A DNA stretch of 64,000 bases from a virus (IMGVR_UViG_3300020036_007076:5325-69324); one strand, 5' to 3'; counted from the first letter of the stretch, positions 34,889 through 46,535 are shown. Made by a program: numbers and translations. The notes: generated by a model not told the origin, from the sequence alone.

Positions 34889-35767
34889 ATGTCTAAAAAT
34901 TATTTTACCCTAGATACTGAAAGAGCTATTATACAATATAATTTGAGTATAAATCCTGCTGAAAAAAGTAAGATTTATGATGATAAAATTCATTATGCTT
35001 TTTTTAAACTTACTCAAAATATAATTCATACTTTTAAATTTTACTATACAGAAGTTGAAAATATTGAAGATTTACAACATGAAATTATAATATTTCTCCT
35101 AACCAAAATTCATTTGTACCATCATAGTAGAAGTATTCAGGATAGATTAAATAAAATAATAAATAAAGAATTCAAAGAATCATATGATTTAGATTTTACT
35201 CATTTTACTAATGATTCCCCTATCATAACTCAGGATCAAATTAACCAATTTATTTCAACACTTGAAGTATCTGAAAAATGTATGGAGAAGTTAAAAAAAT
35301 TAACACCACCTAAAGCATATTCATATTTTGGTACTATTGTTAAACGTTGGCTTATATTATATAATCAAACTAACTATAAAAAACGAATCAATTCTACTCC
35401 AGTCTCCACAATTGAAGAAGATAATATATATTCGTATAATATAGAAGAAAATAATTCTCCTAGTGATAAATTAAATAATAATGATAAAATCTCTTTATTT
35501 ATTGATTTATATGTTGATTATTGTACAAATAATATATACACTATTTTCCCAAAAGAAATTGATTCTAAAATAGCAGATGCGATATTAGAATTATTTAGAA
35601 AAAGAGATAATTTAATTATATTTAATAAAAAAGCATTATATATCTATATACGAGAAATGATTGATGCTAAAACACCAAAAATTACCAAAATAGCGGAGGA
35701 ATTATATGATATATATAAAAAAGGTTATATTTTTTATTTAGAAAATGGTTATATAAAGTTTCAATAA
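34889..35767 (+). CDS. putative phage sigma-factor-like protein (late transcription?)
   Basis: sigma region-2-like EDLQHEIIIFLL...KAYSYFGTIVKRWLI; sits at the start of the structural block. Confidence 0.55.
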   Translation: MSKNYFTLDTERAIIQYNLSINPAEKSKIYDDKIHYAFFKLTQNIIHTFKFYYTEVENIEDLQHEIIIFLLTKIHLYHHSRSIQDRLNKIINKEFKESYDLDFTHFTNDSPIITQDQINQFISTLEVSEKCMEKLKKLTPPKAYSYFGTIVKRWLILYNQTNYKKRINSTPVSTIEEDNIYSYNIEENNSPSDKLNNNDKISLFIDLYVDYCTNNIYTIFPKEIDSKIADAILELFRKRDNLIIFNKKALYIYIREMIDAKTPKITKIAEELYDIYKKGYIFYLENGYIKFQ

Positions 35768-35803
35768 AATGTATATTTATAATAAATAAAATATTTATAA
35801 ATT

Positions 35804-36154
35804 ATGAGCAGTTTAGAATCTGAAATATTTGGTGGTAAAAAACTTAAAGATTTATTCCAAGAAATTTATTCCAATCAAAAAAAGAAAGAAAAACAAATCT
35901 CAATTTTAATTGATGAATTAAAACCAATGATAGAAAATATTGGTGATGCTACTCTTATAGTTCCACTAATTAAAGAATATTTAGAAATTGGAGTTAAAAA
36001 TGATGAACAATTAATTAAAATGGCTACTATTATACAACGTTGTCTTTTAAATGTAGCATCATCAAATAATGGGGATGGAAGCCTAATTTCAGAAGCTGAA
36101 AAAGCTCAATTATTAAAAGATATAAATAAATTAAATAATAAAGAAGAAAATTAA
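35804..36154 (+). CDS. hypothetical protein
   Basis: ORF after late motif. Confidence 0.7.
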   Translation: MSSLESEIFGGKKLKDLFQEIYSNQKKKEKQISILIDELKPMIENIGDATLIVPLIKEYLEIGVKNDEQLIKMATIIQRCLLNVASSNNGDGSLISEAEKAQLLKDINKLNNKEEN

Positions 36155-37404
36155 TGAGATATGGTTTTTCAGGATTAAATCATAATTTAAATTCAAATAA
36201 AAATAACAATTTTGAATTAGGAAATAATAATCCTCTTACCATCATATCAATCAGAGTTATCAGTATAATTTTAGATAAATCTCATCCTAGATTTGAAGAA
36301 TTAGGAGGATGGAATTCATTAGGAGCAATTGAATATGAATTAGTTACTAATCCAAATCCAAATTCTAAACTATATCCAGTTGCATATCCTATTAATCCTA
36401 ATATAAAAACTTATCCATTAGTTAATGAAATAGTATATTTATTATCATTACCTAATACAGAAATAGGTAAAACTAATACTTCTAATAGACAATATTATAT
36501 TAATATAATAAGTTTATGGAATCATCCTCATCATAATGGATATCCATCAAACCCCTCATCTTTACCTCCTTCACAACAAAAAGATTATGCTCAAACCCAA
36601 GGAGGAAACGTAAGAAGAGTAACAGACCAATCTACAGAAATATTTTTAGGTAAAACTTTTAAAGAACGCTCAAATATTCATCCGTTATTACCATTTGAAG
36701 GTGATTTTATCTTAGAAGGTAGATGGGGTAATTCAATTCGTTTAGGAAGTACTGTTAATAATTTAAACAATTGGTCATCTTCAGGAAATAATGGAGATCC
36801 AATTTTTATAATAAGAAATGGTCAAGGAATTAGATCTAATGAAGGGTGGGTTCCTATTACTGAAGATATAAATAAAGATGATTCATCTATATATTTAACT
36901 AGTACTCAAAAAATCCCTATTAAATCTAATAGTATAAATGATAAATTTGATTTTACCAGTTATAATTTATCAACGCCTCCACAATCCCCAAATGAATATG
37001 CTGGAAAGCAAATAATTCTCAATTCAGGAAGATTACTATTAAATTCTAATTATGATCATATATTACTCAATTCGGCAAAATCTATCAATTTAAATTCTCA
37101 AGAATCAGTTAATATAGATACTAAAAAATTCATAATCCAATCAGATAAAACATATTTAGGTAATGAAGAATTAGCCAAAGAACCGTTATTATTAGGTAAT
37201 TCTACAGTTGATTTATTAAATAATTTAGTTTCTTCCTTAGAAAATTTAGCAACTGCATTACAATCAACACAAACTCCTCCTGCAGTTCCCTATCAACAAT
37301 TATCATTAAACTTAACAATTCCAGCATCACAACTTAAAACAAGTTTAAAAGCTATAAAAGAACAATTGAAAAATATAACTTCAAAAAATAATTTTACTGT
37401 ATAA
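36154..37404 (+). CDS. baseplate hub/spike-like (gp5-like) protein
   Basis: OB-fold-like N-terminus; beta-repeat C-terminus (IILNSGRLLLNS..ILLNSAKSINLNS); upstream of gp25/gp6-like genes. Confidence 0.55.
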   Translation: MRYGFSGLNHNLNSNKNNNFELGNNNPLTIISIRVISIILDKSHPRFEELGGWNSLGAIEYELVTNPNPNSKLYPVAYPINPNIKTYPLVNEIVYLLSLPNTEIGKTNTSNRQYYINIISLWNHPHHNGYPSNPSSLPPSQQKDYAQTQGGNVRRVTDQSTEIFLGKTFKERSNIHPLLPFEGDFILEGRWGNSIRLGSTVNNLNNWSSSGNNGDPIFIIRNGQGIRSNEGWVPITEDINKDDSSIYLTSTQKIPIKSNSINDKFDFTSYNLSTPPQSPNEYAGKQIILNSGRLLLNSNYDHILLNSAKSINLNSQESVNIDTKKFIIQSDKTYLGNEELAKEPLLLGNSTVDLLNNLVSSLENLATALQSTQTPPAVPYQQLSLNLTIPASQLKTSLKAIKEQLKNITSKNNFTV

Positions 37405-37952
37405 TGGCTAATTTATCTACATTTTCTTTTGAAGAGTATTATGATACTTTAAATAAATTATCTAATATAGATGCATTTAATATAAAACCTAATACCCCTG
37501 AATCATTTATAAGTGATAATATAAGATTATTTATTGCTCCTACTTTAAGAGCATATATATCTATTTTTAGAGAAAAATTATATGAAAAATATAAATTACC
37601 TGAAGATTTCCCAACTACTAATCTAACAACCCAATTTTTATCATTAGATGAAGAAAAAAAGATTTTAGGAATAGAAGAATTTAATAATTGGAAACAATAT
37701 TGGAACGCATATCAGGATTATAGAAAAAAGACCCCACAACTACCTCCAAGAGGTACTGTAGGTACGGAAGAATTAATAGATGCTTTGGTTTTTGGAAGAA
37801 GAAATGCTAATTTATTTGGAGCATATCAAGTAAATTCTCCTGAAGTATCTAAAACAGCTACTAAAACAAATCAAGAAATAAAAGATACTCAACAAAAAAA
37901 TTTAACTCAAAGTAAAATTACCTCAATCAAATCATCAGTAAGTAAAATTTAA
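37404..37952 (+). CDS. hypothetical protein
   Basis: ORF in structural block. Confidence 0.65.
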   Translation: MANLSTFSFEEYYDTLNKLSNIDAFNIKPNTPESFISDNIRLFIAPTLRAYISIFREKLYEKYKLPEDFPTTNLTTQFLSLDEEKKILGIEEFNNWKQYWNAYQDYRKKTPQLPPRGTVGTEELIDALVFGRRNANLFGAYQVNSPEVSKTATKTNQEIKDTQQKNLTQSKITSIKSSVSKI

Positions 37953-37955
37953 TAA

Positions 37956-38777
37956 ATGGTAGGAAAAGATAAAATACCTGTTTTATTAGTCAATAAATCG
38001 CAAGAATTGATTGATCAATTAATCCCTACTATTATTCAAATAGCATCTCAAGTAGGTATTGAAAATATAGGTCAAGCAAATGAAAAATTACCTAATACAT
38101 GTCTTTCTAAAGATGAATTAGAAAAAATTTTAATTATAAGAAATAATTTATTAACTAAATTAAATAATACCTCTAAATTAATAGAAACTTTAAGTAAACC
38201 CTTAGATGTACTAAATACTACAGTAAAGGTAACTTCAACTCTACTTACAACTACTAGTATAGCCAGAAAAGCTTCTAATATAGCTATAGCTGCTGTCCCA
38301 TCACCTCCAGGTACTCCAGGTGCAATAATTTCTACTCTAAATGTTTTAAAAGATTTAGAAGAATTTATTACTCCTAAAATTCAATTAGCTAAAAATAGTG
38401 TTACTTCTATTTCTAATATATTAGATTATGTTAATTCAATTTTGTCTAAATTAATAATTCTATTAAAATCTATAGATAAATATCTATTAGGGTGTAATGT
38501 ATCTGGGTTAGTAACTTTAAATGAATATTTAACTAAAGTTGATGAAAATTATAACCAAATCAAATCAGAACCAACAAATAAAGAAATATATCAAGGATTT
38601 ATTTTAGAAGTTGTAGAAGAACCATTTTCACCAACAGTAAGTAAAAGAAAAGCTGTTGCAAAAAATTCACAAGGTATTATTTTATTATCAACTCCTTCAT
38701 CCTTTACAACTATCCCACAAATTTTATTAACAGAACTTAAATTAATAATTGATAAAAATAATTTAAAAGCCAATTAA
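37956..38777 (+). CDS. hypothetical structural/helical protein
   Basis: ORF in structural block. Confidence 0.65.
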   Translation: MVGKDKIPVLLVNKSQELIDQLIPTIIQIASQVGIENIGQANEKLPNTCLSKDELEKILIIRNNLLTKLNNTSKLIETLSKPLDVLNTTVKVTSTLLTTTSIARKASNIAIAAVPSPPGTPGAIISTLNVLKDLEEFITPKIQLAKNSVTSISNILDYVNSILSKLIILLKSIDKYLLGCNVSGLVTLNEYLTKVDENYNQIKSEPTNKEIYQGFILEVVEEPFSPTVSKRKAVAKNSQGIILLSTPSSFTTIPQILLTELKLIIDKNNLKAN

Positions 38778-38794
38778 TTTAATATTTATAACAA

Positions 38795-39151
38795 ATGAAA
38801 CAACAAGAACTTAAACAACTAATTGAAGAATCAGTAAGAAAAGTATTTAATGAAGAATTAAAAAATATCTTATTAGAAGCAGTTAAAGGAAATAAACAAT
38901 CTATAACTGAATCTAATGATAGTAGAACAATTAATTTTTCAACAAATTCAATCCCACATAATCCAAATGTTAAACCTATTGATAAAAAACAGGCTTATAT
39001 GGATATATTAAATGAAACAGCAGAAGGTCCAAAATCTCCTTATGAGCAAGAATTTAAAATAAATGGACCAATAAATACTATGTCTGAAGGAAGTTCACTT
39101 CCTGAAGGTCAATTAAGTTTAGATAATATAATGAATTTAATTAATAAATAA
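38795..39151 (+). CDS. hypothetical virion protein with LKQLIEE leader
   Basis: late motif upstream; ITE/LLE motifs. Confidence 0.65.
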   Translation: MKQQELKQLIEESVRKVFNEELKNILLEAVKGNKQSITESNDSRTINFSTNSIPHNPNVKPIDKKQAYMDILNETAEGPKSPYEQEFKINGPINTMSEGSSLPEGQLSLDNIMNLINK

Positions 39152-39558
39152 TGGCATTTGGATCAAAGAAAATATTTCCAATAGATCAAAAACCAGGAAC
39201 TGCGGTTGGAATTTCTATTCCATTTAATGCTCCTAATGTATTTTTTTCCACATATACTACTAAAGATGCCATAAAAAATAATTTATTAAATTTTTTTCTA
39301 ACTAATAATAAAGAAAGATATTTAAATAATAAATTTGGTGCTAATTTAAGAGCCTTTATATTTGAACAAATTTCTTCAAATAATATTGATTTTTTACAAG
39401 AAACTATTCAATCATTAATAGGTCAATATTTTAATAATATAAAAATAGAAACCCTTAATATAAATGAATACCCAGATTCAAATGAAATAAATGTTATATT
39501 AGTTTATAGCATAATAAACACAGGAATTACAGATCAAATAGAAATAACATTTACATAA
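39151..39558 (+). CDS. baseplate wedge protein, gp25-like
   Basis: AIKNNLLNFFLTNNKERYLNNKFGANLRAFIFEQ. Confidence 0.85.
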   Translation: MAFGSKKIFPIDQKPGTAVGISIPFNAPNVFFSTYTTKDAIKNNLLNFFLTNNKERYLNNKFGANLRAFIFEQISSNNIDFLQETIQSLIGQYFNNIKIETLNINEYPDSNEINVILVYSIINTGITDQIEITFT

Positions 39559-39560
39559 TA

Positions 39561-41411
39561 ATGGCTACTAATAAAAATATAAAATATATAAACAAAGATT
39601 TCTCAGAATTTAGAGCTAATCTTATAGATTATACAAAAACATATTTTCCTACTACATTTAATGATTTTAGTCCTGCATCACCAGGTATGATGTTTATGGA
39701 AATGGCTTCATATGTTGGAGATGTTTTATCTTTTTATTTAGATAATCAAGTTCAAGAAAATTATCTTCAATTTGCTCGTCAATCTAATAATTTATTTGAA
39801 TTAGCTTATATGTTTGGTTATAAACCAAATGTAACAGGAGTAGCATTAACTAATATTGATTTTTACCAAAAACTTCCAGCTAAATTATCTGGTTCAACTT
39901 ACATTCCAGATTTTGATTATTCATTATTCATAAATGGAAATTCTACAGTAACTACTACTAATGGTATTTCTTTTCTTATTTCAGATCCAGTTGATTTTTC
40001 AGTATCTAGTTCATCTGATTATACTGATGTTTCTATATATGAAATTTCAGGTGGTAACCCAACATATTTTTTACTTAAAAAAACAAGAAAAGCAATATCA
40101 TCTACTATAAATTCAAAAACATTTACTTTTGGTAATCCTACAAAATATGCAACTGTTGAAATTAATGCTTCAGATATGGTAGGAATATTAGATTGTTTTG
40201 ATAGTGATGGAAATCAATGGTATGAAGTAGATTATTTAGGTCAAGAAATGGTCTATGATTCTATAAAAAATACTAATACTAATGATCCTACTTTATCTTC
40301 ATATAATAGTGATTCTCCTTATTTGTTAAAACTTAAAAAAATACAAAGAAGATTTGTAACTAGATTTAAAAACTCATCAACTTTACAAATTCAATTTGGA
40401 GCAGGCACAACAAATGACTCAGATGAAGTTATAGTACCTAACCCAGATAATGTAGGTATAGGATTACCTTTTGAAAAGACAAAATTAACAACAGCCTATT
40501 CCCCATCTAATTTTTTATTTACTAAAACATATGGGATAGCTCCATCCAATACTACATTAACTATAAGATATTTAACAGGAGGAGGAGTTGAATCAAATGT
40601 ATCTTCTAATACTTTAACCAGATTAAATGGTGATGTGAAATTTTTAAATTCAAATCTAACTGCCATTACAGCCGATAATATTTTTTCCTCATTAGCAGTA
40701 ACTAACCCAGAAGCAGCAAGTGGAGGAGGAGATGGAGATACAATAGAAGAAATAAGACAAAATTCTTCAATGAATTTTTCTACTCAATTAAGAAATGTAA
40801 CTCAAGATGATTATTTAGTAAGAGCATTAAGTATGCCCTCAAAATTTGGAAATATATCCAAAGCATATATAGAACCCACTAAAATTGCCTCTACATCTCC
40901 AAATGAATTACCTAGTATATTAGATTTATATGTATTAACTTATGATATAAATAATAAACTTAATAACGCATCACTTGCTTTAAAACAAAACTTATCAACA
41001 TATCTTTCTCAATATAGAATGCTTAATGATACTGTTAATATTAAAGATGGGTTTATAATTAATATAGGAGTAAATTTTGATATAATTGTACTTCCTAATT
41101 ACAATAGTAATGAAATATTAACTAAATGTATAAGTGCTTTACAATCATATTTCTCAATAGAGAATTGGCAAATAAATCAACCAATAATATTAAGAGAATT
41201 ATATATTCTTCTAGATAAAATAGAAGGAGTTCAAACAGTTAAATCAATTAGTATATCAAATAAAGTTGGAACTAATTTAGGATATTCTCAATATGCATAT
41301 GATATTTCAGGAGCTACTAAAAATAATGTTGTATATCCATCATTAGATCCTATGATTTTTGAGGTTAAATACCCAAACACTGATATACAAGGAAGAGTAG
41401 TTTCATTATAA
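39561..41411 (+). CDS. baseplate wedge protein, gp6/baseplate-J-like
   Basis: YINKDFSEFRANL...PGMMFMEMASYVGDVLSFYLD; GGGDGDTIEEIR; RNVTQDDY. Confidence 0.88.
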   Translation: MATNKNIKYINKDFSEFRANLIDYTKTYFPTTFNDFSPASPGMMFMEMASYVGDVLSFYLDNQVQENYLQFARQSNNLFELAYMFGYKPNVTGVALTNIDFYQKLPAKLSGSTYIPDFDYSLFINGNSTVTTTNGISFLISDPVDFSVSSSSDYTDVSIYEISGGNPTYFLLKKTRKAISSTINSKTFTFGNPTKYATVEINASDMVGILDCFDSDGNQWYEVDYLGQEMVYDSIKNTNTNDPTLSSYNSDSPYLLKLKKIQRRFVTRFKNSSTLQIQFGAGTTNDSDEVIVPNPDNVGIGLPFEKTKLTTAYSPSNFLFTKTYGIAPSNTTLTIRYLTGGGVESNVSSNTLTRLNGDVKFLNSNLTAITADNIFSSLAVTNPEAASGGGDGDTIEEIRQNSSMNFSTQLRNVTQDDYLVRALSMPSKFGNISKAYIEPTKIASTSPNELPSILDLYVLTYDINNKLNNASLALKQNLSTYLSQYRMLNDTVNIKDGFIINIGVNFDIIVLPNYNSNEILTKCISALQSYFSIENWQINQPIILRELYILLDKIEGVQTVKSISISNKVGTNLGYSQYAYDISGATKNNVVYPSLDPMIFEVKYPNTDIQGRVVSL

Positions 41412-41424
41412 ATTTTTATATTAC

Positions 41425-42537
41425 ATGGCAATTTTTAAAATATTTCCAACAAAAGATACAACATTATATTCTATGTATCCTGAAATGAATACAGGATTAG
41501 ATGAAATTATAGAATCATCCCTTGAAGTAGGTATCCTACCAGATCCTTCACCTCAAACAAGTCGATTTTTAATTCATTTTGATAATGATGAAATAACAGA
41601 TATTATTGATTCAAAAATCCAAAATTCTCAATGGACATCTAATTTAAGATGTTTTGTTGCTAATGTTACAGCTTTAAATTCTGATACAACAATTCAAGTA
41701 TTCCCTATTTCTCAATCATGGAATATGGGTACAGGAAGATACAAAAACTCCCCAGAAACACAAAATGGAGCAAGTTGGATATGGAGAGATTATCAAGGTG
41801 GAATTATATGGACTACTAGTTCATTTGCTCCAGGTTCAACAGGTTCTTATTCAGCTTCCGTTGATCCAGGAGGATGTACTTGGTATGTAACTCAATCATT
41901 AAGTGGATCTCAAACATTTAGTTATTATACTGATAAAGATATTAATATTAATGTTAAAAATATTGTAGAAAGTTGGTATAGTGGTTCTATATATAATGAT
42001 GGGTTTATTCTAAAACAACAAACAGAATTTGTAGATAATGAAGATGTACAACCTAAAATGAAATATTTTTCAATTGATACTCATACTATATACCCACCAT
42101 GTTTAGAATTTAAATGGAATGATTCATCTTTCTCTACAGGTTCTTCTACATTATCTACAATATCAACACAACCATTTGTTGTAGCATTAGGTGATAATCC
42201 AGGATACTTTTATTCAGGTAGTGTAAATGTATTTAGAGTATATTCTAGACCAGAATATCCTGTTAGAACTTTTTCAACATCTTCATATTTTACACAAAAC
42301 TATTATTTACCAACTTCTTCATATTATGCTGTGAAAGATGTATATACAAATGAATTTTTAATAGATTTTGATTCTACATATACTAAATTAAGTCAAGATG
42401 AAACTAGTAGTTTCTTTACTTTATATATGAATGGATTACAACCTGAAAGATATTATAAAATATTAATTAAAACTATGGTTGATGGAAATACTATAATATT
42501 AGATGATAATTATTATTTTAAAATAATTAATGGATAA
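41425..42537 (+). CDS. virion structural protein
   Basis: KDTTLYS N-terminus; beta-rich; structural context. Confidence 0.65.
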   Translation: MAIFKIFPTKDTTLYSMYPEMNTGLDEIIESSLEVGILPDPSPQTSRFLIHFDNDEITDIIDSKIQNSQWTSNLRCFVANVTALNSDTTIQVFPISQSWNMGTGRYKNSPETQNGASWIWRDYQGGIIWTTSSFAPGSTGSYSASVDPGGCTWYVTQSLSGSQTFSYYTDKDININVKNIVESWYSGSIYNDGFILKQQTEFVDNEDVQPKMKYFSIDTHTIYPPCLEFKWNDSSFSTGSSTLSTISTQPFVVALGDNPGYFYSGSVNVFRVYSRPEYPVRTFSTSSYFTQNYYLPTSSYYAVKDVYTNEFLIDFDSTYTKLSQDETSSFFTLYMNGLQPERYYKILIKTMVDGNTIILDDNYYFKIING

Positions 42538-43055
42538 TGAAAAAATTTAAAATTAGATTAATTATAAAAGAAGAAATTGAAAAAATTATTGGAAGGGGAG
42601 GTTCTAAAGAAGTTACTTCTTCTGATAATTCTAATGTTGTTACTAAAAAATTCTTAGGAAATATAAATAAAGAAAACCTATTAAAAGAAAAACAACTTGG
42701 AGATAAATATCCCAACTTTATAGCAAAAACAATAAAATTAACTGATAATTCACTTACACAAGAAAAATTAAATAATAATAAATTATATTCTCAAATAATA
42801 CTATCTCTATCAGAAGAGGGTCAAGAATTGTTTGAAGAAAGTGGTTTAGATGATGAATTTGAATTTTTAGTAAAATATCCTGAATATAATAAAAATAAGG
42901 AATTAAAAGATAAAATATCAAAATTAGATAATTTTGTAAAAAATACTCTTATAGGTAAAGAAAAAATATCAATCAATAATTTAGATTATCCTAATATGAA
43001 TAATATAGGATATGATAATAAAGGAAATATAAAATTATTAGAAATATTTTATTAA
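42537..43055 (+). CDS. protein-kinase-like fold protein, possibly degenerate
   Basis: IIGRGGSKEV Gly loop; D-x4-N (LDYPNMNNIG); IKLLE in place of DFG. Confidence 0.4.
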   Translation: MKKFKIRLIIKEEIEKIIGRGGSKEVTSSDNSNVVTKKFLGNINKENLLKEKQLGDKYPNFIAKTIKLTDNSLTQEKLNNNKLYSQIILSLSEEGQELFEESGLDDEFEFLVKYPEYNKNKELKDKISKLDNFVKNTLIGKEKISINNLDYPNMNNIGYDNKGNIKLLEIFY

Positions 43056-43056
43056 A

Positions 43057-43401
43057 ATGGAAAAATTAAATTTAACCAAAAAAGCATATGCTAAGAATCA
43101 ATTTGAAAAAGTTATAGATACTAAATTTTCACAATTAGCATTATCGCCATCTAATGAACAACCGGTTACTCCAACTATATCGATTGATGAATTTTTTCAA
43201 TACTATGATCAATTATTTTTCCAAATTCCTAAACTTGGTCCTACAAAATCTCATGAATACCTTATAAAAACAAGTTCCGAATATATAAATTTTACTCCAT
43301 TAAATGATGATATATCAGCCTTAGTAGATGAAATAAATGTATTACAACAACAAAATCTAGAATTAAATCAACAATTAGTAGAATTACAACTTCCTAAATA
43401 A
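43057..43401 (+). CDS. hypothetical structural protein
   Basis: ORF with C-terminal coiled coil. Confidence 0.65.
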   Translation: MEKLNLTKKAYAKNQFEKVIDTKFSQLALSPSNEQPVTPTISIDEFFQYYDQLFFQIPKLGPTKSHEYLIKTSSEYINFTPLNDDISALVDEINVLQQQNLELNQQLVELQLPK

Positions 43402-46400
43402 TGGATAAATTAGTCAATATCACCCAAGTAAATCCAGATAATCTTCAATTACAAAATTATACAATTGATGATGAATCTCTTATATCCAATTTTACTCAAG
43501 ATATTATTTTTAATCCCAACGAAGATTATTTAGAATATTTTGTACTTGATTTAAATCAAAATATTTTATTTAGTAATGTTGTAGGTTATCCTAATTATAA
43601 AATTCAAGATAATAATATATTAATTGATCCACAAAATAACCTGGAACTAGCAGGATTTACAGAAGGTCAATATTATACAATATATAATTTTTTAAAGCAA
43701 AAACTATCTTCATCTCCATATAATACTCTTTATATACAAGATATAAGTCCCGATAGAACTGAATTAAGATTAAATACAACAAAGATATCTAACTCTGATA
43801 TCATAGAATCTACTTCACAATTAGCTTTAGAAATCGCTAACTCACCAGGTTCATACAAAGATTTTTATTTAGATTTTGGTGATAATAATTTAATTATAGC
43901 TACTAATATTGCTTTGGATAATACAAATCCAACTAACTCTACAGTACTAATAAAATTATATGAACCATTACCTGAAAATTTTACTTTTCAGTCTCAATGT
44001 TGGGTAGTAGAACAAATAGCTGAATCTCAAGCTTATCAAATTGAATTAACAACAATTTTTACTCTTGAAGAAAACTTAAATTATATTGGGGGTCCTAATT
44101 TTAATTTACCTATTCAAGACCAAATAAATAATTCTACCTCTTATCAAAATTTAAGTACTCTTTCCCAAAACACATCTGTTCTAGGTTCAGGTAGTTTACT
44201 ATACCAAATAAATAGTATTTTAAAAGATAAAGGAATTGAAATTAACATAGACTATTCAGATTACTCTGATTTTGTTCATTTTTCATCCGCTCAAACAAGA
44301 TTAGAAAATTTTTATTATAAATTGGCCCTATTAGAAGAATACACATTAAGTGGAAGTTATTCTAATAACACCCCAACAAGTTCTTTCACTTCAGCAAGTC
44401 AAGGAATGTGGGATAATAAAATTAATGAAATAATAACTAATTTTGATGGATATGAATATTATTTATACTACACCTCAGAAAGTTATTCTTGGCCTAAATC
44501 CAATTCACAATATCCATATTTAAATTATTCTGTAAATGATCCTATTTCTTTAGCATGGTTTGTAACTCAATCTATTTCAGCATCATTATATGATAATGAA
44601 AATATTAATGGATTAATTAATACAATTCCTTCATATCTAAAAGAAGATCCTCAAAATGATCAATATATTTTATTTGTTCAAATGATAGGACAACATTTTG
44701 ATAATGTTTGGATCTATTTAAAAGATATCACTAACAAATTTGATTCAGATAATAGATTAAATTTTGGAATTTCAAAAGATATAGTAGCACAAGCAATAAG
44801 AGATTTAGGAGTAAAGATATATCAAAATAATTTTTCTACCACTGATTTATACTCAGCATTATTAGGAGTAACTAATTCTGGGAGTAATTTAAACATCCCA
44901 TTTACTACAGGATCATTACCATCTCCATCAGGATATGAATATATAAATTCATATGTAACCGCTTCATCATTAAATGATTTACAACCATTAGATGATGTTA
45001 ACAAAGAAATTTATAAACGTATATATCATAATTTACCTTACTTATTAAAGAAAAAAGGTACAGTTGATGGATTAAGAACTTTGATAAATATTTATGGCAT
45101 TCCTGATACAATATTAAGAATTAACGAATTTGGAGGTCAATCATCTAATATAACAAATTATGATAATTTTCAAGATCAATTCAACTATGAATTTTATTCT
45201 GAAGGAACAGGTTATTTAAAATACCCTCTAGATTTCAAAGCATCATTCTCAGGAGAATTTAGATTTAAAACTAATGGGATACCATCATCATCAATTTCAC
45301 AAGTATTATTAACCTCAGACGATACTTCTTCCCTTATAATAACATTACATTATACTGGATCAGGAAATACTAGTGGTTCATATTCTGGTTCAATTGTGGA
45401 CCCTTATAACAATTATGGTAATGTTACTTTAGAAGTAAGTGGATTAACATCAAGTGTTTATTTACCTGTGTTTGATGGAGATTGGTGGTCTGTATTATTC
45501 TATTATGATTTAACCTCACCTTATACTCAAAAATTATATGTTAAAAATAATATATATGAGGGATACGATGGAAATACTATAGGATTTCAAGCTTCTTCTA
45601 GCTTCAACAAAAATCCTACAGCGATATCAGGTTCATTATACTTATCATATCCAACAAATGTAGGATCTAATTATCCATTTTCTGGATCATTTCAAGAATT
45701 TAGATTATATAACACATTATTAAGTGAAAGTAAATTTAATGATTACGTTATGAATCCATTTTCTATAGAAGGAAATATGGTAACAGGTTCTCAATCATCT
45801 TTGAATACTTTATTATTTAGAGCTCCTCTTGGTGCATTGTTAGATAATGATTCATCTTTACTTATAAGATCTTCTTCACATTCTTCATTAACATCATATC
45901 CATCTGTACCATCATTAGGTTCTGCTACTAGTTTATATTATTTATCTGGTTCATTTACTTTTGAACCTAATACTGAATATAATTATCAAAATCAATTTAA
46001 TGCCGGAATAAAAAATGCAGTTTCAGATAAAATAAGAATAATTGATGAAGTATTACCAAGTGGAGATACTCTTTCCAAATATATATCAATCCAACAAAAT
46101 TCTTACGTAAGTGAAAGTTTCACCAAAGATGTTAATTATGTTGAAGTAGCATTTTCCCCTCAAGATGAAGTTAATGACGATATTATAGCTCAATTAGGCT
46201 CATTTAATATTGGTAATTATATTGGAGATCCAAGACAAGTATCATCTTCATTAACTTATTACCCTGATTTTAATAAATTAAGAGATGAATATTTTTCTAA
46301 ATATACTAATAATTATAATTTGTGGGATTATATAAGATTAATTAAATTTTTAGATAATTCTTTATTTAAAATGATACAAGATTTTACTCCTGCAAAAACA

Positions 46401-46535
46401 GGATTAGCAACAGGTATAGTAATAAAACAAACAATTTTAGAAAGAAATAAATATCCTTTACCTCAAGCAACAACAAATAGTGAAATAGCTTTTGTAGGAA
46501 GCCCAACATCAAGAACACTTAATATACCTTACTAA
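43401..46535 (+). CDS. large baseplate/tail structural protein
   Basis: 1044 aa; YLLKKKGTVDGLRTLINIYG (baseplate wedge-like); LamG-like segment. Confidence 0.65.
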   Translation: MDKLVNITQVNPDNLQLQNYTIDDESLISNFTQDIIFNPNEDYLEYFVLDLNQNILFSNVVGYPNYKIQDNNILIDPQNNLELAGFTEGQYYTIYNFLKQKLSSSPYNTLYIQDISPDRTELRLNTTKISNSDIIESTSQLALEIANSPGSYKDFYLDFGDNNLIIATNIALDNTNPTNSTVLIKLYEPLPENFTFQSQCWVVEQIAESQAYQIELTTIFTLEENLNYIGGPNFNLPIQDQINNSTSYQNLSTLSQNTSVLGSGSLLYQINSILKDKGIEINIDYSDYSDFVHFSSAQTRLENFYYKLALLEEYTLSGSYSNNTPTSSFTSASQGMWDNKINEIITNFDGYEYYLYYTSESYSWPKSNSQYPYLNYSVNDPISLAWFVTQSISASLYDNENINGLINTIPSYLKEDPQNDQYILFVQMIGQHFDNVWIYLKDITNKFDSDNRLNFGISKDIVAQAIRDLGVKIYQNNFSTTDLYSALLGVTNSGSNLNIPFTTGSLPSPSGYEYINSYVTASSLNDLQPLDDVNKEIYKRIYHNLPYLLKKKGTVDGLRTLINIYGIPDTILRINEFGGQSSNITNYDNFQDQFNYEFYSEGTGYLKYPLDFKASFSGEFRFKTNGIPSSSISQVLLTSDDTSSLIITLHYTGSGNTSGSYSGSIVDPYNNYGNVTLEVSGLTSSVYLPVFDGDWWSVLFYYDLTSPYTQKLYVKNNIYEGYDGNTIGFQASSSFNKNPTAISGSLYLSYPTNVGSNYPFSGSFQEFRLYNTLLSESKFNDYVMNPFSIEGNMVTGSQSSLNTLLFRAPLGALLDNDSSLLIRSSSHSSLTSYPSVPSLGSATSLYYLSGSFTFEPNTEYNYQNQFNAGIKNAVSDKIRIIDEVLPSGDTLSKYISIQQNSYVSESFTKDVNYVEVAFSPQDEVNDDIIAQLGSFNIGNYIGDPRQVSSSLTYYPDFNKLRDEYFSKYTNNYNLWDYIRLIKFLDNSLFKMIQDFTPAKTGLATGIVIKQTILERNKYPLPQATTNSEIAFVGSPTSRTLNIPY

